Made by a program: the position numbers and the translations under genes. From the NCBI GenBank assembly GCA_016937855.1, contig JAFGVU010000123.1:4332-68331 (forward strand): 64,000 bases of DNA, written 5' to 3'. How positions within the stretch are numbered: the stretch's first letter is position 1; every line of letters begins with the position of its first letter. This document shows, piece by piece, positions 54,543 to 64,000 of the stretch. Under the pieces are notes generated by a model that saw nothing but the letters and a program-made list of their open reading frames with translations, made no database searches and had not been told where the DNA came from. This stretch comes from Bacteroidales bacterium. GTDB lineage: Bacteria; Bacteroidota; Bacteroidia; Bacteroidales; ML635J-15.

Positions 54543-56123
54543 TTATATTACAACAAACCCTGACTTGGACGATAGCAATTTCTTATCGGTTAAATCTTCG
54601 TCTTCCAGCAAATTTGTAGCATCTTCTATATCAATCAACTTTGATAGAGATTTGCTTATTTCAAATGTATGTCCCTCGGGGATATAAACTTTTATTTTTA
54701 GTTGCTGAGCACGATACTTCTCTGAGTTAAGTGTATAAAAAGGATTAAATTGAATTATTGAATCAGAGATAGAGTAATCATATTTTATCGTTTCAAGATT
54801 TTCTTCGGCTTCTTTTCTATTTGCTCCTCTGGCGTAATAAACTAGTTCGATATTGGCACATGTGTCGGTAGATGTGTAAAAATCTATTTCGGGTAAAGAT
54901 CTTAAACTTCCTTGTTCCGGAATAATTAAATGTTGATTTATAAATATATGCAAATCATTTACATTTTCAATTTCGTCTTCGGTTAGTATGTCTTTTGAAT
55001 TGAATTCAGGATTTAATTCAAATATGTAGTGATTTGTACTATCGCTACATATTTGTGTTTCTATTGTTTTGTGCTCTACAGATCTAAATGATGCACCAAT
55101 GTTTAAACTTGCAAAAGCTATTACTATTATCGATATAACCCAAATTATAAATGTGCCTATTCCAAGATATTTATTCCCTGAAATATTAAATAGTAACTGA
55201 ATCCCCCAGTAAATAATTGCAATTATCGGAATTACACAGAAAACAAGAATGCTAATGCTTAGTAACCATGCTGTTCCGGAGTTTGTTACAAACTCTAATA
55301 AACCAGGTAACCATATCATATTAAGAAAATCGTTTGAGAAATAGATATTTTCTTTACTTACGCTAAGAATACCAATGGTGAGAGCAACTAAAATCAAGGC
55401 TCCACCTACTAAAAACAACACGCCTAATACCTTTCCCAGTACCTGTGCTGTAATGCTTAAAATGTTCATTATGGCATTGCCTATATTATTAAATATGTCG
55501 CTGGTTTTTTTACTGTTTATGTTTTTAAAACTCTTTTTCAAATCTTCGTATTCTTGCTTAACGGTTTTTTCTATGTTTGATAGGTTCACTTTGTCTCCTT
55601 TCATTTCTAACTTCTCAGCCGTTGTTTTCGCTTCAGGAACAGCTATCCAAAGAATTAGATAGGCAATGATGCTTATTTGTCCAACAAAAAGAAAGATTAG
55701 GAACAAAACTCTCCAGGCTGTAGTGCTTATTCCGGTATAATAACTTAATCCGGAGCAAACTCCACCCAGATATTTGTTGTCAGGATCGCGATAAAGCTTC
55801 TTTTTGGGTTTTTGTTCCTTTTTTTCTGAGTCTGAGTCTGTCTTGTGTTCCGACATGTTTTCTCCTGTAATGTCTTCAACATTTCCAAGTATTAAAATTA
55901 CCTCTTCGACATCAGAAATATTGATAACTTGCTTATTTTCGTTTATCTTCATGCCAAATATTTCGGCAATTCGAGCTTCGATGTCTCTCACAATTTCACT
56001 TCCTTCATCTTGTTTCGAGAAATGCTCTTCGAGTTTACGCAGATATAAACTCAACATATTATAAGCATCTTCATCAATATTAAACATGAAAGAATTTAAG
56101 TTGATATTTACTGTCTTTTTCAT
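54543..56123 (-). CDS. PspC-domain membrane protein
   Basis: PspC motif LYRDPDNKYLGGVCSGLSYYTGISTTAWRVLFLIF, followed by multiple TM helices and a C-terminal domain of about 170 aa. Start lies 2 nt after the padR-family stop. Confidence 0.85.
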   Translation of the reverse strand: MKKTVNINLNSFMFNIDEDAYNMLSLYLRKLEEHFSKQDEGSEIVRDIEARIAEIFGMKINENKQVINISDVEEVILILGNVEDITGENMSEHKTDSDSEKKEQKPKKKLYRDPDNKYLGGVCSGLSYYTGISTTAWRVLFLIFLFVGQISIIAYLILWIAVPEAKTTAEKLEMKGDKVNLSNIEKTVKQEYEDLKKSFKNINSKKTSDIFNNIGNAIMNILSITAQVLGKVLGVLFLVGGALILVALTIGILSVSKENIYFSNDFLNMIWLPGLLEFVTNSGTAWLLSISILVFCVIPIIAIIYWGIQLLFNISGNKYLGIGTFIIWVISIIVIAFASLNIGASFRSVEHKTIETQICSDSTNHYIFELNPEFNSKDILTEDEIENVNDLHIFINQHLIIPEQGSLRSLPEIDFYTSTDTCANIELVYYARGANRKEAEENLETIKYDYSISDSIIQFNPFYTLNSEKYRAQQLKIKVYIPEGHTFEISKSLSKLIDIEDATNLLEDEDLTDKKLLSSKSGFVVI

Positions 56124-56125
56124 AA

Positions 56126-56461
56126 TTATTTATTTTTTGCTGATTTTAACATATTTATTGAATCCACTAATTTTGTCCACGATTTGTCGAACTCTTCGAG
56201 TGTCGTTCTTCCTTTTTCGGTTAAACTGTAATATTTCCGAGGAGGCCCTTGAGTGCTTTCTTCCCATCTATAGCTTAGTAATTCGCTATTTTTTAGTCGT
56301 GTAAGTAAGGGGTAAAGTGTCCCTTCAACAACAATCATGTCCGCTTCTTTAAGTTGCCCCAAAATGTCGTTCGAGTAGCAATCTTGCTGCGATAGAATAA
56401 GCAGAGTGCAATATTCTATCACTCCTTTTCGCATTTGTGCTTCGTTTTTATTTACGTCCAT
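56126..56461 (-). CDS. PadR-family transcriptional regulator
   Basis: Winged-helix PadR pattern (MRKGVIEYCTLLILSQQDCYSNDILGQL...VEGTLYPLLTRLKNSELLSYRWEES...PRKYYSLTEKG). Start moved from 56491 to the ATG at 56461 because a -7 box sits at 56489-56496. Confidence 0.85.
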   Translation of the reverse strand: MDVNKNEAQMRKGVIEYCTLLILSQQDCYSNDILGQLKEADMIVVEGTLYPLLTRLKNSELLSYRWEESTQGPPRKYYSLTEKGRTTLEEFDKSWTKLVDSINMLKSAKNK

Positions 56462-56488
56462 AAGTTTAAATTTTAGTAATTTATAATG

Positions 56489-56496
56489 CAAAGATA
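56489..56496 (-). promoter_or_regulatory. Bacteroidota-type -7 promoter box (TATCTTTG on minus strand) for padR-pspC
   Basis: Exact TAnnTTTG match 27 nt upstream of the ATG at 56461. Confidence 0.5.
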
Positions 56497-56509
56497 TGAA
56501 AATAAATTA

Positions 56510-56530
56510 GTACTATGTAATACAAAGTAC
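56510..56530. promoter_or_regulatory. 21-bp near-perfect palindrome, candidate PadR operator
   Basis: GTACTATGTAATACAAAGTAC has 9 of 10 symmetric pairs around a central A. It lies just upstream of the -7 box, over the expected -33 region of the padR promoter. Confidence 0.45.
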
Positions 56531-56648
56531 CAAAAAAATATTAATATTATGTTAAAATTTTATTTGAATAAATAGGGAATCCTGTTTTTGTGTTGTGGTA
56601 GAGGGGATGTGTTAGTTTGTTGAGATGTAAAAATCTAGAAATAAAAAT

Positions 56649-58724
<2,076 letters not shown>

Positions 58725-58736
58725 TCAAAATTTGTC

Positions 58737-59927
58737 ATGAAAAATATTTTGTACGTTATCTCATTTTTTTTATTTGTCGGGTTTGTTTTATCGTCATGTA
58801 ATAACGATAAGCCAAAGCAAAGCGATGAATCTCCAGGTATTGTCGATAATAGGGAGTGTGTTGCGGATAGTATTTTAGCAGATTTTTATAAATTTTTATC
58901 ACAGGAGGAATACGATAAATGTATTAGTTATTTTAGTTCAAATTTGTTCGAGAACTTAGATTCGACAATTATATATCAAGGACTGCAGAATCGAAATAGC
59001 GTAATGAATATTAGTTCAGGGTTTGAGATTTTATACCAATACAATAAAACGGATGTTGAGCTTGGCGATTTGGCTTTTTTTCACACGAAATGCTTTACAG
59101 AAGAGGGAGAGTATCATTTTGAGAATATTGGTTTTATCAGAGAAAATGGCATTTGCAAAATACAAATTTATGAGTATGGTAATATGCCATACGTATCGTT
59201 AGATAAAGCAAATGATACAGCATCTGGTCTTAATTCTATTCTGACAGAATTATATAGAGTTGTCAATTTTGGTGATTTTGACGATGCGTTGGCCTTGATT
59301 GATCAGGAATTGGTTGATAGAGTCGGAATTGAGAAAGTGAAAAATGGGTTTGAAAATGCTTTGGGAATTAAAAAAGGTGTGCAATCTTTTGAAGTTGAGG
59401 AAGTTTATTCTGAAATGTTGGAGGATATTCCGGTAGTTGTTATGCGGATTGCCGAAACAGGACAAAATGGTGTGACTGTCACCGAAATAACTCTAAGTTG
59501 CCGTTTAGATGGGTATAAAATTGCAATGGCCGAGGATATTCCTGTTGTTTTGCTAGATCCGGATAAGGAGCTTTCGGGCGATGAATTAAAAGCAATTAGC
59601 TCTCAAATAGATAAGTTTTACAATTTTTTGAAATCGGGGAATTACGAAATAATTCTTAACTCTATTGATAAGATTGTTTTTTCAAGTGTTGATAGAGAGA
59701 CCATCCGAAATTCTTTTGTGCAACGAAACACTTATTATGGGGTTCCGGTTGATTATAATATTTCAACATTTTCGGTTCAGTCTATAAATGACAAACCTTC
59801 GGTTGAAATAATTTTGGAAGTAAACAATCAGAATAAAAAACAATCGAAAGAAAAGATTATTTTGATACAATCAAAATCGGGACAATTAAAGTTATATGCT
59901 TACGAATACTCTGAAAGCAAATTTTAA
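58737..59927 (+). CDS. Hypothetical lipoprotein with three internal repeats
   Basis: Lipobox VLSSCNN. Three modules of about 110 aa each open with a similar helix (ADFYKFLSQEEYDKCISYF; LTELYRVVNFGDFDDALALI; IDKFYNFLKSGNYEIILNSI). Confidence 0.65.
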   Translation: MKNILYVISFFLFVGFVLSSCNNDKPKQSDESPGIVDNRECVADSILADFYKFLSQEEYDKCISYFSSNLFENLDSTIIYQGLQNRNSVMNISSGFEILYQYNKTDVELGDLAFFHTKCFTEEGEYHFENIGFIRENGICKIQIYEYGNMPYVSLDKANDTASGLNSILTELYRVVNFGDFDDALALIDQELVDRVGIEKVKNGFENALGIKKGVQSFEVEEVYSEMLEDIPVVVMRIAETGQNGVTVTEITLSCRLDGYKIAMAEDIPVVLLDPDKELSGDELKAISSQIDKFYNFLKSGNYEIILNSIDKIVFSSVDRETIRNSFVQRNTYYGVPVDYNISTFSVQSINDKPSVEIILEVNNQNKKQSKEKIILIQSKSGQLKLYAYEYSESKF

Positions 59928-61897
59928 TCGTTACTTAGGACTTTAAATTCCACACGTCTGTTTAGTTGACGTCCTTCGTCATTGTCGTTAGTTGCAATTG
60001 GTTTTTCAAATGCATATCCTTCAAAAGTAAGCCTGTCGGTAGAGATGCCTTTTTCGATTAGATAGTCCACAACTGTTTTTGCTCTGGATTTTGATAGTTG
60101 TTTATTGTATTCGAAAGCACCTTTATTGTCGGTATGTCCGGATATTTCGATTTTAAGTTTAGGTTGTTTAGTTAAGATGTTAACAACTCTGTCAAGTTCG
60201 GCATAGGATTCGGGGCGTAAAGTAGCTTTGTCGTAATCAAAGAAAATGTTTTTCAAAACTATCGTGGTTCCAACTTCTATACGTTGCAGTTCGATATCGA
60301 TAATAACTTCCTGATATGCCGAAGTGTCGGCAAGGTTAAAGTTTTCGGAATGGAATAAATACCCCTCTTTGTTTACATTTAGTCCATAGTTTTTTCCTGA
60401 AGGAAGGTTAACAATATATGCTCCGGTTTGACTGTTTGTTGTGAAAGTTGCAACAACTTCGTTGGCAGTATTGTCGATAATCTCTATGATTGCTTCAAGT
60501 GGGAATTCGGTAACTTTATCTGTTACTTTTCCTTTGACCAGCGTTAAATAAATTTTATCCTCGACAGGAGTTTCGGTTTTATCTTCCGGGAATCGGAGTT
60601 CATAAATGTCGTGTAATCCTTTACCTTCTGGTCTTACCGAAGCAAAATATGCAGTTTTGCCACTTGCAGTTGTTACAAAAAAAGCATCATCAAGAGGCGT
60701 ATTGATAGGATATCCTAGGTTTACAGGAGTTGACCAATTTCCGTTTTTGTCTTTTGTTGTTTTAAAGATATCATATCCACCCATTGTGTTGTGTCCTTTA
60801 GAGCTAAAATATACTGTTCTTCCGTCAGGGTGTAAAAACAAGTCAACTTCATCGTATTTTGTGTTCACCATAGGTCCCAGATTTGTTGGAGGGGTCCAAT
60901 TGCCGTTATTATCAAGAGTTGAGTAGCAAATGTCGCGTCCACCCATCGACAAAATCGGGTCGTCAGAGATAAAATATAGTGTTTTATTGTCGTATGAAAT
61001 GCAAGCAGAAGATTCGTGCGATTTTTTGTTAATGTCCTGTGAAATACTGATTGGTTTTGTCCATTTGCTACCACGTAAACGCGACACATACAAATCGCCA
61101 CCGTTTTGATCAACATAAACAAAAAGGCTTTGGCCATCGGGTGATAATCCAACAACAGCATCGTGTAGTTTTGAGTTTAAAGGTGTTCCCACACTTCTGG
61201 CTTTTGTCCAACCTGTTTCTGTTTTTGTTGATTCATAGATATCCTCATAATACATCCCATCTGCAGCAAACTGACTTCCGGTTGTTCCTTTGCGTCGTGA
61301 TGTAAAATATAGTTTGGTGCCATCAGCAGTTATCATTGGACCATATTCTCTATATTCCGTATTGATATTATCTCCAAGATTTATTATTTCTACCTCGGTT
61401 GTATCCTTTAATATTTCTTTACCATTACGACATTCTGTAATATACTTGTTAATTTCTGCTACCTCGTTTTCACTCTTGATCGACGAAACATATTGAGAAT
61501 AGAAATTTATTGCATCATCAAACATAAAATTCAGATGATATCCTCGTGCAAGGTAATAATTTATTTTTTTATCAACGTTTTTGTTTAAGTCGTAGGCTTT
61601 CTGAAAATATTTTAAACAGTCGTATTTTTGAGTGGTATTGTAGTAACAATAACCAATCTTAAAATTTAAGTCAGAATTGTCGGGGTTAAACTCGTATGCT
61701 TTAAGGTATAGAACAAGCCCATCGTCGATTTTATTTTCATTATAAACAAGAATGTTTGCATTTTTTATTTGTTTTTTTGCAATCGTAAGCTCATTCTTTT
61801 GATTTGGGAAATTTGATTTTGAAAAAGCAACATCTTTTTGTGCGAAGTTGGCACTTGCAATAAAAATGGAAATCAAAATAATAAGTAAATGTTTCAT
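59924..61897 (-). CDS. TPR / PD40 / OmpA-domain outer-membrane protein (tandem paralog A)
   Basis: Same architecture as 19728-21755: signal peptide, TPR-like N-terminus, PD40 motifs (GPMITADGTKLYFTS, GLSPDGQSLFVY, FLHPDGRTVYFSS), a CarboxypepD_reg-like beta module, and an OmpA domain (ISGHTDNKG...NRRVEF). Confidence 0.85.
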   Translation of the reverse strand: MKHLLIILISIFIASANFAQKDVAFSKSNFPNQKNELTIAKKQIKNANILVYNENKIDDGLVLYLKAYEFNPDNSDLNFKIGYCYYNTTQKYDCLKYFQKAYDLNKNVDKKINYYLARGYHLNFMFDDAINFYSQYVSSIKSENEVAEINKYITECRNGKEILKDTTEVEIINLGDNINTEYREYGPMITADGTKLYFTSRRKGTTGSQFAADGMYYEDIYESTKTETGWTKARSVGTPLNSKLHDAVVGLSPDGQSLFVYVDQNGGDLYVSRLRGSKWTKPISISQDINKKSHESSACISYDNKTLYFISDDPILSMGGRDICYSTLDNNGNWTPPTNLGPMVNTKYDEVDLFLHPDGRTVYFSSKGHNTMGGYDIFKTTKDKNGNWSTPVNLGYPINTPLDDAFFVTTASGKTAYFASVRPEGKGLHDIYELRFPEDKTETPVEDKIYLTLVKGKVTDKVTEFPLEAIIEIIDNTANEVVATFTTNSQTGAYIVNLPSGKNYGLNVNKEGYLFHSENFNLADTSAYQEVIIDIELQRIEVGTTIVLKNIFFDYDKATLRPESYAELDRVVNILTKQPKLKIEISGHTDNKGAFEYNKQLSKSRAKTVVDYLIEKGISTDRLTFEGYAFEKPIATNDNDEGRQLNRRVEFKVLSND

Positions 61898-61976
61898 AAT
61901 TGTTTATAATTAAAGAGTAAAAAAATAAGCTGTTTTCGGAGTTATTCCGTGAACAGCTTATTTGCATATTTTAGTA

Positions 61977-64000
61977 TTACTTAATGCTAATTACTTTAAA
62001 CTCAACGCGTCTGTTTTGTTGTCTTCCTTCATCTGTGTCGTTTGTTGCTATTGGTTGTAAATAAGCATAGCCTTTGTATGATAAACGAGGTTTGCTAATA
62101 CCTTTTTCCACAAGGTAATCTACAACAGATTTTGCTCTGGCCTCAGATAATTGAGTGTTAAACTGCAATCCACCATGACTATCGGTATGTCCGCCAATTT
62201 CAATTTTCATATCAGGGTATGAGTTTAGGAGAGCCACAAGTCTGTCGAGTTCAGGGAATGATGTTTCTCGAAGTGTTTCTTTTCCATAATCAAAGAAGAT
62301 GTTTTTGAGAACGATTTTCGATCCAATCCCAACTTTACTAAGTACGATGTCTTTTGTAACTTCCTGATATGCAGTGGCTTCGGGGATATTGATGTTTTCG
62401 CTGTAAAATAAATATCCATCAGCTTTTACTGCAATTCCATAGTTTTTACCAGAAGGCAGACTTACCAGATATTTTCCTGTTTTACTGTTAGATGTCAGAG
62501 TTGAGATTAGCTCATTTTTCTCATTGTCAACGATTTCTATAGTTGCTTCAACTGGCTCTTCGCTTAGAGCATCTGTAATTGTACCTTTCATAATCGTTAG
62601 TCGAACTTTCTTAACTTCGACAACTTCTTGTTCAACTTTTTGTTGGATAGTTGCAGTAGAGCTAGCAATAAGGACGTCTTCGCTACCAACAACCATCATT
62701 TTTTCAGGTCCCAAGAAAGTGATTCTGTAAATATCTTGAAGGCCGTATCCATCTTCTCTTGCACTCGAGTAAAAAGCATATCTTGCATTACCGGCAACAA
62801 CAAAAAATACGTCGTCGTCTGGAGTGTTTACAGGATATCCAATATTAACAGGCTCTGACCAATTTTCTGCTCCATCATTTTCGCAATAGAAAATATCATA
62901 TCCACCCATTGATCCTTCTCTTTTAGAGCAGAAGTACATAGTTACACCATCCGGATGCATAAATACGCCTTCTTCGTCATATTTCGTGTTAATCGGTGTT
63001 CCCATATTTTTTGCAGGACCCCAGCTGCCATTTTTTTGTTTTTCGCAAACAAAAATGTCTTTTCCACCTAATGAACTGTTTCCAAATTCGTCTTTTTCAC
63101 GATCGCTTACAAAATATAGAAATTTTGCATCGTATGAAATTGAAGCGGAAGTTTCGTGATATTTTGTATTTACATTTTTATTTAGCTCTTTTGGTTTTGT
63201 CCAGTTATCGCCATCTAATTTGCTCTCGAAGAGTGTTCCATCAGGAACTCCTTTGTATGTGTAAAGAATTTGTCCGTCTGGAGAAAGACCAACTGAGGCA
63301 TCATGACCTTCGGTGTTTAAGTTGCGCATATTAATTGCTTCGGACCAACCTTTTTTATCGTCGTTGTAGGCGATATATAGGTCTTCGTAATATAACATGT
63401 CATTAGGATCAATTTCTCCATCTGTACTACCCTCTCTTCTTGAAGTGAAGACAACCAAAGATTCGTCAGTTGTGATAACTGGGCCATAATCAGGATATTT
63501 CGAGTTTACAGTAGATCCTAGGTTGTCAATAAATACGCGGATTGGATTTTTAACCAATTGTTTTCCTGATTCGCACTCATTGATTTTTTTATCAACATCA
63601 TGAGTTACAGATTTATCGTCCTTTTTCTTTTTTGCATCCGTTTGTGGATTATCGTTTTTATATTTTCTATAGAAATCTATAGCTTCGTCAAAATTATAAG
63701 TTAATTGATTTGCCCAACCTAAAAGGTAGTATATGTCTGTTGCTACACCTGGTTTAGCTTTGTATGCTTTATCAAGAAAATCTATTGCTTTATCTTTTTG
63801 AGTAGAGTATAAATAGCAAGCTCCGATTTTGTAGTTTAATTCTGGATAATGTTGATTGTACTCATATGCATTTAAATATTCCGTAAGAGCCATGCGATAT
63901 GCTCCGGGTTGTCCCATATTGTAATAAACGTCGGCATATTTAATTGATGCCATTGCATCTTTATAACCATTTTTACCTTGCTTAAATTCTTTTTTGTTTA
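61977..64000 (-). CDS. TPR / PD40 / OmpA-domain outer-membrane protein (tandem paralog B; 5' end outside the window)
   Basis: The frame stays open upstream of the Met at 63953 to the window edge (...KEFKQGKNGYKDAMASIKY...). Same architecture and OmpA C-terminus (IGGHTDSHG...NRRVEF) as the neighbouring paralog. Confidence 0.85.
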   Translation of the reverse strand, partial: NKKEFKQGKNGYKDAMASIKYADVYYNMGQPGAYRMALTEYLNAYEYNQHYPELNYKIGACYLYSTQKDKAIDFLDKAYKAKPGVATDIYYLLGWANQLTYNFDEAIDFYRKYKNDNPQTDAKKKKDDKSVTHDVDKKINECESGKQLVKNPIRVFIDNLGSTVNSKYPDYGPVITTDESLVVFTSRREGSTDGEIDPNDMLYYEDLYIAYNDDKKGWSEAINMRNLNTEGHDASVGLSPDGQILYTYKGVPDGTLFESKLDGDNWTKPKELNKNVNTKYHETSASISYDAKFLYFVSDREKDEFGNSSLGGKDIFVCEKQKNGSWGPAKNMGTPINTKYDEEGVFMHPDGVTMYFCSKREGSMGGYDIFYCENDGAENWSEPVNIGYPVNTPDDDVFFVVAGNARYAFYSSAREDGYGLQDIYRITFLGPEKMMVVGSEDVLIASSTATIQQKVEQEVVEVKKVRLTIMKGTITDALSEEPVEATIEIVDNEKNELISTLTSNSKTGKYLVSLPSGKNYGIAVKADGYLFYSENINIPEATAYQEVTKDIVLSKVGIGSKIVLKNIFFDYGKETLRETSFPELDRLVALLNSYPDMKIEIGGHTDSHGGLQFNTQLSEARAKSVVDYLVEKGISKPRLSYKGYAYLQPIATNDTDEGRQQNRRVEFKVISIK

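Overview
AT-rich chromosomal segment that looks like Bacteroidota. The evidence is a type IX secretion / gliding core (gldJ, a PorP/SprF-family gene, porU, porV), T9SS C-terminal sorting domains, many lipoproteins with SxC/AxC lipoboxes, and repeated TAnnTTTG -7 promoter boxes just upstream of start codons. Most of the window is core or housekeeping: speB (5' truncated), a deoxyhypusine-synthase-like gene, rplS, murF, ispF, hutU, ligA, cobB-type sirtuin, two MscS channels, tRNA-Gly(GCC) and tRNA-Leu(UAA). I found no CRISPR array, transposase, integrase, phage gene or recognisable defence cassette, and I cannot point to one clearly new system. The best second-look candidates are: (1) a 171-nt imperfect rod-like hairpin (about 54 bp, 14/15-nt internal bubble) between convergent rplS and blc, possibly a 6S-like or other unannotated ncRNA; (2) an EF-G paralog whose switch-II catalytic His is Met (DNPGM) and whose NKxD box is NHLD; (3) a membrane Cache-PAS-PAS-CBS-DUF294 nucleotidyltransferase next to an FNR-like regulator and a YjcH/ActP-type symporter carrying a roughly 180-aa hydrophilic insert; (4) a TPR histidine kinase / LytTR operon that continues into a 572-aa secreted protein of unknown fold and a coupled 100-aa PH-like protein; (5) four tandem lipocalin-like lipoprotein paralogs in their own promoter-to-terminator unit; (6) a TsaA/TrmO-fold protein with a signal peptide; (7) an agmatinase / DHS-like pair. 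All functions are inferred by eye from motifs in the translations. No database search was run.
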